Shown here in pieces: positions 32,701 through 43,177 of a DNA stretch of 64,000 nt. Every line of letters starts with the position of its first letter. Position 1 is the first letter of the stretch. Location: positions 152,366 to 216,365 of the forward strand of contig JAVRCJ020000012.1 of NCBI GenBank assembly GCA_034530875.2, read 5' to 3'. The stretch comes from Nostoc sp. DedSLP01. Lineage in GTDB: Bacteria; Cyanobacteriota; Cyanobacteriia; Cyanobacteriales; Nostocaceae. The notes below the pieces were generated by a model, which worked only from the letters and a program-made list of their open reading frames with translations, searched no databases and had not been told where the DNA came from. Both the position numbers and the translations under genes were made by a program.

Positions 32701-34212
32701 ATGGCTCAAGCTAGGATTTTAGTTGTTGAAGATGAAGTGATTGTGGCTAGAACTATTGCCCGCGAACTTAGTCAGCTAGGGTACATTGTCACCGGTACTG
32801 CATCCTCTGGAAAAGCTGCCATTGCAAAGGCATCAGAAACTCAACCAGAACTAGTACTAATGGATATTATCCTTAAAGGTGAGATGGACGGTATTGCCAC
32901 AGCAGCACGTATTCGCGAACAGCTAGATGTTCCTGTAATTTTTCTAACTGCTTATGGCGACGATAATACTTTAGAACGAGCAAAAATTACCCAACCTTTC
33001 GGATACATTGTTAAACCATTTACGACAAAAGATTTAAAAATAGCTATTGAAATCGGTTTATTAAAACATCAGTTAGAGCGCGAACTACGAGAAAATAGAG
33101 ACCGATTAGCAACTCTTTTAAACTCAATGAGTGATGCTGTAATTGCCACCAACGAGCAAGGAATCGTGACATTCATGAACCCCGCAGCTGAAGCAATAAC
33201 TGGATGGCAACAACAAGAGGCTTTAGGCAATGACGTGTCAAATATTTTTAAACTTGTCGATGAAATTACAGAAGCTAGCTTAGAAAACCCAGTTACAAAA
33301 GTTTTGCGGGAACAGCAGGTTGTTTATTTGAGGGAATTTACATCTTTAATTACTAGACAGGGAAAAAGAGTTCCCATTGGCGATAGTGCTTCACCACTGA
33401 GGAGGGGGGCTGACCAACTTAATGGTGTAGTAGTTGTTTTTTGGGATCTTAGCGAAAGACGTCAAACCCAATTACTAGAACAAGCATTAGAAAAAGAGCA
33501 AGAACTCAACCGTCTGAAGTCTTTATTTATCTCCACTGTATCTCATGAGTTCCGGAATCCTCTATCGGTTATTCAAACATCAGTAGAACTCATAGAACTC
33601 CAAGGATCGCGTTTGACAGATGCTAAAAGACGCACCTATCTAAACCGCATTCAATCAGCCGTCCAATCCATGAATCAACTCATGGAAGAAGTACTATTCA
33701 TGGGTCAGGCGGAAGCAGGAAAACTTACATACAATCCTAGTTTAATTAACTTAGAACAATTCTGTAGAGAACTAATTGATGAGTTTTCTACTATTGCAAA
33801 TAGCAGACATCAAATTATTTTTAGTTGTCATAGCGATAACACAAACGCTGTGATGGATGAACGGCTCTTAGATTACATGTTAGGTAATTTACTCTCCAAC
33901 GCAGTTAAATATTCTCCTAACGGTGGCAATATTCAATTCGACCTAATATGCAACCATACAGATAAAGTAGCGATTTTTTATATTCAAGACCGAGGAATTG
34001 GTATTCTGCAAGCAGACCAAGCTAGACTTTTTGAATCATTCTATCGAGGCTCAAATGTTCAATCTATTCAAGGCACGGGATTGGGTTTAGTCATCGTCAA
34101 AAAATGCGTTGAGGCTCACAAGGGCCAAATCAGTTTCACAAGTGAAGTTGGTGTCGGTACTACATTTACAGTAATCTTGCCTTTAAATCCCGAATCTTTA
34201 TTGAATGAATAA
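32701..34212 (+). CDS. Hybrid receiver-PAS-histidine kinase
   Basis: REC domain (ILVVEDE, LMDI, GYIVKPF), PAS (MNPAAEAITGW), H-box SHEFRNPL, GTGLGL; starts 10 bp after the previous gene. Confidence 0.92.
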   Translation: MAQARILVVEDEVIVARTIARELSQLGYIVTGTASSGKAAIAKASETQPELVLMDIILKGEMDGIATAARIREQLDVPVIFLTAYGDDNTLERAKITQPFGYIVKPFTTKDLKIAIEIGLLKHQLERELRENRDRLATLLNSMSDAVIATNEQGIVTFMNPAAEAITGWQQQEALGNDVSNIFKLVDEITEASLENPVTKVLREQQVVYLREFTSLITRQGKRVPIGDSASPLRRGADQLNGVVVVFWDLSERRQTQLLEQALEKEQELNRLKSLFISTVSHEFRNPLSVIQTSVELIELQGSRLTDAKRRTYLNRIQSAVQSMNQLMEEVLFMGQAEAGKLTYNPSLINLEQFCRELIDEFSTIANSRHQIIFSCHSDNTNAVMDERLLDYMLGNLLSNAVKYSPNGGNIQFDLICNHTDKVAIFYIQDRGIGILQADQARLFESFYRGSNVQSIQGTGLGLVIVKKCVEAHKGQISFTSEVGVGTTFTVILPLNPESLLNE

Positions 34213-34508
34213 TCTCTAATTCGAGCAGAAGTCTGCACTAATCAGTTAGAAGCGATCGCAATTTTATACTACTAACTCATACGATCTCTTTTTGATTCGA
34301 CCTTTGTGCAAAAACCTTCGTAGTCAGGACTTCTGTCCTGATTTTCTTTGCGTAGCGTCTAGTAGAGAAGACTAAAGTCGTCTTAGTTAGATTGGTAAAT
34401 ATTTAAGAACCTGTCCTAATTAGTTCTGATTTTATTCACCACAAGATTATAAGCTAGAAATAAGCTTAGAGAAGATTATTTTGCGTTATTTTTAATAATA
34501 TTTACTAT

Positions 34509-36218
34509 ATGGTTGAACTCAACAGTACAATCAAATCTCGCAATACTCAACTACCCAAATGTCCCACAGGAATTCAGGGACTAGACGAAATCACTGAAGG
34601 GGGACTTCCCCAAGGGCGACCGACGTTAGTTTGTGGTTCTGCTGGTTGTGGTAAGACTTTGCTAGGGATGGAGTTTTTAGTTCGGGGTGCAACACAATAT
34701 GGCGAAAGTGGAGTGTTCGTAGCCTTTGAAGAAACTGCCGAAGAACTATCTCAAAACGTCACTTCGTTAGGATGGGATTTGGAGCAACTGGTGGCAGAAA
34801 ATCTGCTCTCTATTGACTGTATTTATATTGACCCGACGGAGATTCAAGAAACGGGTGAATACGACCTGGAAGGACTTTTCATTCGCTTGGGTTATGAGAT
34901 CGACAAAATTAATGCCAAGCGGGTAGTCCTGGATACAATTGAGGTGTTATTTTCTGGTTTCTCCAATGCTGCCATTGTGCGGGCAGAAATACGTCGTCTG
35001 TTTCGTTGGCTGAAAACCAAAGGTGTCACCGCCATTATCACCGGAGAGCGCGGTGAAAATAGCCTGACTCGCCAAGGTATAGAGGAATACGTTTCCGATT
35101 GCGTCATTCGCTTGGATCGGCGAGTTGATGACGAACTGTCTACTAGACGACTGCAAATTTTGAAATATCGGGGTTCTCAACATGGTAGTAATGAATACCC
35201 GTTCTTAATTGAAGAAAATGGTATTTCTGTCTTACCAATTACCTCCATTGGGCTAAACCATAGCGTTTCTAGTGAGCGCATTCCCACTGGTATCCCGCGT
35301 CTGGATGCGATGCTGGGAGGACAGGGCTACTTTCGCGGTAGTAGTATTCTAATTACAGGGATGGCTGGCACGGGTAAAAGTACGATCGCGGCTTTTTTTG
35401 CCGCCGCCACCTGTCGTCGGCAAGAGCGATGTCTGTATCTGGCATTTGAAGAAGCACCGCAGCAAATTCTCCGCAATATGCGATCGCTGAGTCTAGATTT
35501 AGAGCCTTATATCCAACAGGAATTACTCCAAATTCGATCGTTGCGTCCAACTGCCTACAGTTTAGAACTACATCTGGTACAGATTCATCGTTGGTTAAAT
35601 ACCTTTAAGCCAACGACTATGATTATCGACCCCATCACCAATTTCAGCTCCGCCGGCAATCTCATACAAGTAAAAGCCTTTTTGATGCGCTTGATTGACC
35701 ATCTCAAGTCGCAACAGGTGACACTGTTGATGACCAATCTCATTTCTGGAGGCAGTCCTCTGGAAAATACAGAGATTGGCATCTCTTCCCTGATGGATAC
35801 ATGGCTAGAAGTGCGAGTAATTGAAAGCAACGGCGAACGCAATCGGCTCTTGCAAGCGATCAAATCTCGCGGGATGGAACACTCAAATCAGGTACGGGAA
35901 TTCCGACTGACTTCTCAAGGGATCGAACTAATCGATGTCTACTTGGGGCAGAACCAGGTTCTCACCGGAACGGCTCGAGCAATCCAGGAGTCAGCAGACA
36001 AACTCTCACGCCTGCGGCAACAGCAACAACTAGCCAACCGCCGACGGGAGTTAGAACAGCAAAGCCAAGCCATTCAGACTCAAATTGCAGCTTTACAAAT
36101 GCAGATGGAAACTGGAAAAGCGGAACTCAATCATCTGATTCAGGAGGAAAATTTAGCTCGAGAAATGATGCTCCAGGATCGACAGACGATGGCGCAGCTA
36201 CGTTGGGCTGATCGATAG
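34509..36218 (+). CDS. kaiC: KaiC homologue (KaiC2-like, C-terminal coiled coil)
   Basis: Two RecA-like domains: GSAGCGKT/FEE/KYRGS and GMAGTGKS/FEE/KSRGM; phosphosite region GISSLMDTW; Gln-rich tail. Confidence 0.95.
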   Translation: MVELNSTIKSRNTQLPKCPTGIQGLDEITEGGLPQGRPTLVCGSAGCGKTLLGMEFLVRGATQYGESGVFVAFEETAEELSQNVTSLGWDLEQLVAENLLSIDCIYIDPTEIQETGEYDLEGLFIRLGYEIDKINAKRVVLDTIEVLFSGFSNAAIVRAEIRRLFRWLKTKGVTAIITGERGENSLTRQGIEEYVSDCVIRLDRRVDDELSTRRLQILKYRGSQHGSNEYPFLIEENGISVLPITSIGLNHSVSSERIPTGIPRLDAMLGGQGYFRGSSILITGMAGTGKSTIAAFFAAATCRRQERCLYLAFEEAPQQILRNMRSLSLDLEPYIQQELLQIRSLRPTAYSLELHLVQIHRWLNTFKPTTMIIDPITNFSSAGNLIQVKAFLMRLIDHLKSQQVTLLMTNLISGGSPLENTEIGISSLMDTWLEVRVIESNGERNRLLQAIKSRGMEHSNQVREFRLTSQGIELIDVYLGQNQVLTGTARAIQESADKLSRLRQQQQLANRRRELEQQSQAIQTQIAALQMQMETGKAELNHLIQEENLAREMMLQDRQTMAQLRWADR

Positions 36219-36259
36219 CGATTTAGCTACCGCCTTTGGCACACAGACAAATACCGATA

Positions 36260-36574
36260 ATGAATCAACACAACCAAATCAATCTACCTGGATCTGAGAC
36301 ATGGCAACTACGACTCTACGTTGCTGGACACACTCCAAAATCCGTGACCGCCTTTGCCAATCTCAAAAAGCTATGTGAGGAACACCTCCAAGGTCAATAT
36401 GAAATTGAAGTCATTGATTTATTGCAGAATCCAGGTTTAGCAAAGCAAGATCAAATCTTGGCCATTCCCACCTTAGTTAGAAAACTGCCGCAGCCAATTC
36501 GGCAAATTATTGGAGATTTATCGAATCAAGAAAAAGTTTTGCTAGGACTCGACCTCAGAAAAATCGCGCCATAA
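36260..36574 (+). CDS. kaiB: KaiB homologue 1
   Basis: [35 protein letters not shown] motifs; ATG at 36260 preferred. Confidence 0.95.
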   Translation: MNQHNQINLPGSETWQLRLYVAGHTPKSVTAFANLKKLCEEHLQGQYEIEVIDLLQNPGLAKQDQILAIPTLVRKLPQPIRQIIGDLSNQEKVLLGLDLRKIAP

Positions 36575-36614
36575 ACAACCAGTCTGAATCATCGGCATTT
36601 AGGAGAAAAGCGTA

Positions 36615-36965
36615 ATGGTAAATGAATTGTCACAAGAGGACAGCGATGATATGACTGTAAATTTTGAGCAAGCGATCGCCAATCGCGATCGGCAACAGTA
36701 CCGCCTGCGATTATATATTGCTGGCACGACTCCCCGTTCGATGCGAGCGCTAGAAACCCTAAAATTACTTTGTGAAACCCATTTACACGGACGATATGAG
36801 TTAGAGGTGATTGATGTTTACCAATCCTCTCAAAAGATGGGAGCAGATAATATTATCGCCATCCCCACTTTAGTGAAGCAACTACCCCTCCCCCTGCGAC
36901 GGATTATCGGGGATCTTTCCAATATTGACAAAGTATTACTGGGGTTAGACCTTGTGGCAAAATAA
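36615..36965 (+). CDS. kaiB: KaiB homologue 2
   Basis: LRLYIAGTTPRS, IIAIPTLVKQLPLPLRRIIGDLS motifs; AGGAG RBS upstream. Confidence 0.95.
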   Translation: MVNELSQEDSDDMTVNFEQAIANRDRQQYRLRLYIAGTTPRSMRALETLKLLCETHLHGRYELEVIDVYQSSQKMGADNIIAIPTLVKQLPLPLRRIIGDLSNIDKVLLGLDLVAK

Positions 36966-36992
36966 ACTTTCCGAAATCTCCAGGGCAAACCA

Positions 36993-39506
36993 ATGGAAGA
37001 TTGCAATAAATCCCGAACGGAACTATTAGCAGAAATTCAAACATTGCGCGATCGCCTCAGCGCGAGTGAGGAAATGCTGCAAGCGATTCAGCATGGCGAA
37101 GTAGATGCACTTGTGATTTCTACCCCTGAAGGCGAAAGAATTTTTACCCTGCAAAGTGCTGACTATTCTTACCGATTGTTAGTAGAAGAAATGCAACAAG
37201 GGGCTGCGATCGTTTCTAGTGAAGGATTAATTTTATACTGCAATAAAAGTTTGGCAAATTTATTGCAGCAACCTTTAGAGAAACTGATTGGTTCTGATTT
37301 TCAACGCTTAATTTATCCCCAAGATATTCCACTATTTGAGGCAATAGTTCAGCAAGCAGCAAAGGGCGAACGCAATTCTGTGGAACTCTTCCTCAACTCT
37401 AGTAATGGTTTCGAGGTTTGTGTCTATTTATCCATCAATCATCTCAACCTGGGTGAATCTGGGATTAATTGTATTGTTATTACCGATTTAACCGCACAAA
37501 AACGCCATGAAAAGACTCTTGCCGCAGAAAGGCTAGCGCGTTTAATTTTGGAACAAGCAGGAGAAGCGATTTTAGTCACAGACCAAAGCGGACAAATTAT
37601 TCGTGCCAACCAGATTGCCTGTCAACTGTGGGGCGAAAATCTCCTGTTGCAACCCTTTGATACCCTATGCCCCCTTTATGTATGCCAGTCTAATTTTTCT
37701 GCGATCGCACCTCGGGACGCTAGAACTAATCTTGAGACTGATTCTGGCCTCAAAGTTCCTTTTGCAATTGCATCGGTAATACACGGCCAAAGTTATCAAG
37801 GACTGGAAGTAGAGTTTGAACGCCAGGATGGGCAAGTCTTTAATTTGGTTTTAAATGCCCGCCCCCTGACTGATAAGGACAACCACTTTCGCGGGGCAGT
37901 GGTAATTCTTACCGATATCACCCAACGCAAAGAAGTAGAGCAAGCTTTACAAGAGCGAGAACGCCTATTTGCAACCCTAGCAGAAGCTTCTCCCATTGTG
38001 ATTTTTCGGTTCGATAATGCTAATAACTGTGTCTATGTCAACGATCGCTGGAGCGAATTGACGGGTAGACCATCAAAGACAGCATTGGGAATGGGGTGGA
38101 TGCGACCGCTGCATCCTGAAGATAGCGATCGCCTTGGCAAAGAATGGTTGCAATGGTGTCAGGACTGCCAAAATAGAGGGCTTTATCAGAACGAAGGTAG
38201 ATGTATTCGTCCAGACGGTACGGTGGTTTGGTTTTACGTCCAGTCTTTGCCTGAAGTTGACTCTAGGGGTACTACTGTTGGTTATATTGGCGTCCTGACC
38301 AATATCACATCAATCAAGCAGGCAGAAACTGACTTACGGGAAAGCCAAATCCAACTTCAGCAACAACTGGCTGAAATTGAAGTTATCTACCAGTCAGCTC
38401 CCATTGGCTTAAACTTTTTAGACACCAACCTCCGCTTTATACGCATTAACCAGCGATTGGCAGAAATGAATGGGGTTCCGGCAGAAGCACATATCGGTCG
38501 CACAATGCGCGAGGTATTACCAGATTTGGGTGACGCTGCTGAAAAAGTGCTGCGTCCCATTCTCGAAAAGGGAGAGCCAGTGTTAAATGTAGAAATCACC
38601 GGGGAAACTCCAGCACAACCAGGAGTGCAGCGAACCTGGTTAGAAAGCTTTTGGCCCTTAAAGAATGGCAATCAAATTATTGGCATCAATACTGTTTGTC
38701 AAGAAATCACCGAACGTAAGCGCATCGAAGCGGAACGCCAATATACTCAGGAAGCCCTAAGACAGGCTAAAGAAGAGCTAGAAATCCGCGTTACAGAACG
38801 AACCGCCCAGTTACATCAAATCATTACCGAACTTCAACAAGCAGAAGAACACATCACAGCTTCTTTACAAGAAAAAGAGGTATTGCTCAAGGAAATTCAT
38901 CATCGCGTCAAAAACAATCTCGGCATTGTCAGCAGCTTGCTACAGATGCAGATTCGCCGTACTCAAAACCCCCAAGCAAAGCTCGTTTTACAAGATAGCC
39001 ACAACCGTATTACCTCCATCGCCTTAGTCCATGAAAAGCTATACCTTTCTGAAGACCTGGCTAATATTAATTTGGCTCTATACATCCGAGATTTAACAAT
39101 TTCTCTATTTCATTCTTATAAAATTAGTTCCAATAAAATTCAACTCGATCTTCAGCTGGAAAATGCAACCTTAGATATTGAAACAATCATACCCTGTGGA
39201 TTAATTATCAACGAGCTTATTTCTAACGCCTTAAAACATGCTTTCCCTGGCGATCGCGAGGGTGAAATTCAGGTAAAGTTTTTCCAATCCAGCGAATCTA
39301 TTGGTAATCTGTGCAGATCCAGTTCAACTCTGATTGTTAAAGATAATGGTATCGGTCTACCAAATAACATTAATCTTAACGAAGCTAAAACCTTGGGGCT
39401 GAACCTGATTTATGGTTTGGTCAAGCAGATTAACGCCACAATTGAGATTAACAGCCAACAGGGAACCGAATTCAAAATCTGCTTTGAAAAACTGACCCAA
39501 ACTTAG
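36993..39506 (+). CDS. Multi-PAS HisKA_2 histidine kinase directly downstream of kaiB
   Basis: Four PAS-like domains; H-box LLKEIHHRVKNNL; N-terminal AIQHGEVDALV..FTLQSAD segment. Confidence 0.9.
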   Translation: MEDCNKSRTELLAEIQTLRDRLSASEEMLQAIQHGEVDALVISTPEGERIFTLQSADYSYRLLVEEMQQGAAIVSSEGLILYCNKSLANLLQQPLEKLIGSDFQRLIYPQDIPLFEAIVQQAAKGERNSVELFLNSSNGFEVCVYLSINHLNLGESGINCIVITDLTAQKRHEKTLAAERLARLILEQAGEAILVTDQSGQIIRANQIACQLWGENLLLQPFDTLCPLYVCQSNFSAIAPRDARTNLETDSGLKVPFAIASVIHGQSYQGLEVEFERQDGQVFNLVLNARPLTDKDNHFRGAVVILTDITQRKEVEQALQERERLFATLAEASPIVIFRFDNANNCVYVNDRWSELTGRPSKTALGMGWMRPLHPEDSDRLGKEWLQWCQDCQNRGLYQNEGRCIRPDGTVVWFYVQSLPEVDSRGTTVGYIGVLTNITSIKQAETDLRESQIQLQQQLAEIEVIYQSAPIGLNFLDTNLRFIRINQRLAEMNGVPAEAHIGRTMREVLPDLGDAAEKVLRPILEKGEPVLNVEITGETPAQPGVQRTWLESFWPLKNGNQIIGINTVCQEITERKRIEAERQYTQEALRQAKEELEIRVTERTAQLHQIITELQQAEEHITASLQEKEVLLKEIHHRVKNNLGIVSSLLQMQIRRTQNPQAKLVLQDSHNRITSIALVHEKLYLSEDLANINLALYIRDLTISLFHSYKISSNKIQLDLQLENATLDIETIIPCGLIINELISNALKHAFPGDREGEIQVKFFQSSESIGNLCRSSSTLIVKDNGIGLPNNINLNEAKTLGLNLIYGLVKQINATIEINSQQGTEFKICFEKLTQT

Positions 39507-39664
39507 TCAAAATTATTGATTAGTTTAGGGTTTTCTTCCTGTTTCGACCAATTTTTCATCTTTGGTGTGGGCTGGGAAAAGGGAAAAAGTTTGAAATTAC
39601 CCTTTTCCCTTTCTCCTTTCCCCTTTAACCGAACCGTATTGCCCTACCTCTTCGTCGCTAACAA

Positions 39665-42277
39665 CTAATAATTCTGTTGCACCCCGCCGACTACTGGCTT
39701 AACTTCAGAAAATGGATCGCTACCACCATTCCAGTTAAAATCACTAATTCGGAAGCTGAAAGCACCCAACTCTAGTACAGGATTGTAACGCAAAGTAATG
39801 CCATAGGTGCGGCGGCTATATTCTACAATGTAGTCGGTGCTAACTTCTTTACCTGTATCTAAGTTAATTGATGTTTGAAAGCCTAAGCGAATAGGCCCGT
39901 AAATTTGTTGTGTAATTCCAGCACTCAATATTTTGTTATCAACGGAGCGATCGAATAAAAAAGGCGATAATCCGTTATTTAAACCTTGAGAATAACTAAG
40001 ATTAAAGGCGGTATAGTCGAAAAAGGGTCGAGAAAAATTACCAACTTGCCCTTGTAGCCCAATTCTACCAGTTAGGGTGCTTTGGTTATCTCCATTGGTG
40101 TAATAACTGGTGGTACCCGTGACGCCAGCGATCGCTACTAAGTAAGGCACTACAGGGGTAGCTGTATATCGCAATCCCTCACTGGATGTAGGTGGTAATG
40201 CCTTTCCCGCCCAAAGTAGGAAAGTAGTACTGAGTTCGGCACTAGCTTGGAGGCGACCTAGTGAAATGCGATCGTTGTCTCGCACTGGTTCTAGTAAGTC
40301 TAAGCGATCGGTGTTGGCATCGATATACTGGGCACTTCCTTGATAGCTGAGATTGACGCCACTTTTCCCTAAAGGAATTATTGGGGAGGTGATTATACCA
40401 CCAAAACTACTCTGGACGGTTTGAAAGCCAAGGGTACCGTTGTAAAGACGATCGCGGTAATTATATTGCACGTTCAAAATATGAGGAAGGCGATCGCCTA
40501 ATGTTTGGCGCAATCCTAAATTGGCGCGGAAACTATTTTCTAAGTCGTCTAGGTCAAAACTCGTTAATTCCCCATTACCTTGAATTGTAGTTTTCGGGCC
40601 TAAGACAGAATTGATCCTGCTTCTGACGCCAAATACCGAACCAAAGTTATCTACTCCTTGTTCAAAAGCCCTCTGTACTAATAACTGGGGCGTAATTGTC
40701 CAGCGTGTCCGTTCGGTATCGATGACTCGAAAGCCACGTTCAACATAGAAACCACCACGGTCTTCTCCGTCATAGCCGGGAGAGACTATAAACGGCGTAG
40801 CATCTCGCTCCCGACGGTCGATTGTCTGCTCGTTCACCGGAATTGGTAAGGCAATCGTTTGGTCTAATACCAAACGCTGGCCGCGCGTACGAATGCGGTC
40901 TACTAAGGGCGATTCCCGCGTCAAAGTGACTGTATCTGCGCGTAACTCTAGTTCTGGGGGTGAAAAAGGGTCATTGGTGATGCGGACATCTCTTGCTTGC
41001 CAGCCTTGGGGATAGAAGTCAATTTGTTGGGCTTCAAATCTCAAGCGCTTGACTGCACCGCCAGCTTTTGGTGGCGGGACGTTGCTGGCGTCTTGACCGC
41101 CAAATGAGATGTCAATTCCTCCAGAACTGCTGACACCTGAAAGCGGCTGATTGGCTAAAATGCGATCGCTTGCCGGACGTCTTGATACTCCACCACTGGT
41201 AATATCTGTAGATGAGAAAGCAAGGTCTGTATTGGCTGAGGGTACGTAAATTTCTCCTCTGCCATTTTGCAGTTCGCCGCTATCTTGAACAAAGTTATAG
41301 GTAAAGCGTTGTCCCCGCAATACCTGATCGCCCCGTGTTAAAGTTACGTTACCCTCTCCGGCAGCAATCAAGTTGTCCAAATTGACTTGCAAGCGATCGG
41401 CATCCACCACCGCCCCATCAAATCGCACAACTACTTTGCCAACAGCCGTGATAATTCGCCGTTGTTCGTCATACTCTTGGCGGTCTGAAGTCACTTCCAC
41501 AATTCGCGGTGCGGCTGTTTGTGGGCTAGCTGCTGGGGTTTGCGGGGGATTGGTGGTGTCTACCTGTGGTGTAGTTGTTGGTGCTGGTGCTTGGGTTTGG
41601 GAATAAAATTCGACAGTCAGGGGCGCAGAAAGCTTGTTTGTGGGGTTGCGAGACTTGAATTGTATTAAGTTTTGTATTGATTGAGAACTCGGTGCAGAAA
41701 CACGAGGGGAGGAAGCGGGGACGCGGGGAGTGGGAGAGGCGGGGAGAGGAGAGTCTAATGAAGTTTGTTTTTCTTCAGTAGTATCGGGATTTGGCGATCG
41801 CTGTTGCAATGCTTGAGATATTTCCGGCTCTCTTGCTCGATATTCCTGTGTCTCGGTGTCAGAGCGCTCGGAGAGTTGGGTATCTTCTTTTTGATTAACA
41901 TTAGAAATTTGAATTTCCTGCCTGGGATAACCAATTTCTATAGATTTGCCGAGAAGCGCTGCACTTTTGGAGACGGTGAGTGAGGAAAATTCTGGTGGGA
42001 AAGTTTTTGGCGGCTCGGGTACGGAGGGAGTTTCAGTGCCTAGCACCTCGCCATCAGTTGAGTCCGGGGAAGTTGGCGATCGCAAATCGTTTTTTGTCTT
42101 ATCGGCGATCGTTAATTGAGCCAAATCCTGATGATGCTTGGATTTGCCTATGTTTAAAATTGTCCCAGTCTCTACACCCGAAGCAGACTTTGTATCGCTA
42201 ACAGATGAAACGGGATTTGCAGTTTGTAAAGGTTTGAGAATCGGAGGCGGATCGGGTGGCAGAACTGGATGAAGCAT
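39665..42277 (-). CDS. DUF3769 / LptD(OstA)-like outer-membrane protein
   Basis: OstA-like DRQEYD..AVGKVVVRF, TNDPFSPPELELRAD, beta-barrel C-terminus SPFLFDR..YSRRTYG..RISDFNW; start MLHPV at 42277. Confidence 0.85.
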   Translation of the reverse strand: MLHPVLPPDPPPILKPLQTANPVSSVSDTKSASGVETGTILNIGKSKHHQDLAQLTIADKTKNDLRSPTSPDSTDGEVLGTETPSVPEPPKTFPPEFSSLTVSKSAALLGKSIEIGYPRQEIQISNVNQKEDTQLSERSDTETQEYRAREPEISQALQQRSPNPDTTEEKQTSLDSPLPASPTPRVPASSPRVSAPSSQSIQNLIQFKSRNPTNKLSAPLTVEFYSQTQAPAPTTTPQVDTTNPPQTPAASPQTAAPRIVEVTSDRQEYDEQRRIITAVGKVVVRFDGAVVDADRLQVNLDNLIAAGEGNVTLTRGDQVLRGQRFTYNFVQDSGELQNGRGEIYVPSANTDLAFSSTDITSGGVSRRPASDRILANQPLSGVSSSGGIDISFGGQDASNVPPPKAGGAVKRLRFEAQQIDFYPQGWQARDVRITNDPFSPPELELRADTVTLTRESPLVDRIRTRGQRLVLDQTIALPIPVNEQTIDRRERDATPFIVSPGYDGEDRGGFYVERGFRVIDTERTRWTITPQLLVQRAFEQGVDNFGSVFGVRSRINSVLGPKTTIQGNGELTSFDLDDLENSFRANLGLRQTLGDRLPHILNVQYNYRDRLYNGTLGFQTVQSSFGGIITSPIIPLGKSGVNLSYQGSAQYIDANTDRLDLLEPVRDNDRISLGRLQASAELSTTFLLWAGKALPPTSSEGLRYTATPVVPYLVAIAGVTGTTSYYTNGDNQSTLTGRIGLQGQVGNFSRPFFDYTAFNLSYSQGLNNGLSPFLFDRSVDNKILSAGITQQIYGPIRLGFQTSINLDTGKEVSTDYIVEYSRRTYGITLRYNPVLELGAFSFRISDFNWNGGSDPFSEVKPVVGGVQQNY

Positions 42278-42473
42278 ATTTGAGCAAAACCGAGCTAACA
42301 AACAGCCAAATGACGAACGGAAGGGATGAATATATATTTTGCCTTCCGACTGTCGCCTTCTGCTACCTGGAGCAAGCTACCTGGAGCAGGAAACTTACTA
42401 ACTTTAACTTAGTAAGTTTCCCTGGCGTTGAGTATTTTCCGCCTTCCAAAGTCGTGGATAATTTATCGACTTA

Positions 42474-42590
42474 TTACTCGAAGTCCCGACGACCGGGGTT
42501 ACGAGCTGGGTCATTCGACAAAAATCCGAAGACGAAGAGAGTAATAAAGAAGGCAACAACAATATAAACAACGATTTTTAAAGTCACCAT
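42474..42590 (-). CDS. psbI: Photosystem II reaction centre protein I
   Basis: Manual translation [38 protein letters not shown]; below the ORF-track size cutoff. Confidence 0.97.
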   Translation of the reverse strand: MVTLKIVVYIVVAFFITLFVFGFLSNDPARNPGRRDFE

Positions 42591-42715
42591 ACAAATATCT
42601 CCAACAGGTATGAAAAAGAGAGCTTTTGTTTCAGTATCTGCTATGCAGAAAAAGTAGCTACTTTATATTACCCACATCTCGTACCTTTTTGGGACGAGTT
42701 TCTGGAGACTGGGCA

Positions 42716-42885
42716 CAGGAGGCAGGAGGCAGGAGGCAGGAGGTTCCGTTCGTTCTCCAAGGGGATTGAGACCCCCCTGAACGGGCAGCCACCAAATTGA
42801 AAATTTGGTGTTCTTGTCTTAAACCCTTTCCCTGATTGGTCGCGGTAGGAAGCACAGGGCACTTTTCCTCCTGCCTCCTGCCTTC
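42716..42885. mobile_element. MITE-like element with STRR-derived inverted ends (CAGGAGG)n ... (CCTCCTG)n
   Basis: Complementary heptamer tracts bracket a GC-rich core with the internal palindrome CACCAAATT-GA-AAATTTGGTG. Confidence 0.6.
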
Positions 42886-43177
42886 GCTAGATACTCCCGT
42901 ACAGACAAGGGTTAACCCTTGTCTCTACTCCAATGCCCAAGTTTATTGAGAATGGTGCGTGCCTTACTGATAGATGCTTCTAAAAGAATAACTTAGAGAC
43001 TGGCTGGCTATTCTTGTGACGTTAACTAACAGCATAAGTTTCCGTTAACGAAGGCAGGAGGTAGGGGAAAAGGTTAAAGGGAAAAGGGAAAAGGAATAAA
43101 TTTAATCTTTCCCCTTTCCCCTCACCCCAATCCCAATACCTTATTCATTAGCCCCATGCCCAATTTCCAAATTTCTC

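Noticed and set aside
42256..42862. ORFs of 103, 65 and 64 aa
   Set aside because: Antisense to psbI or composed of CAGGAGG repeat-element sequence.
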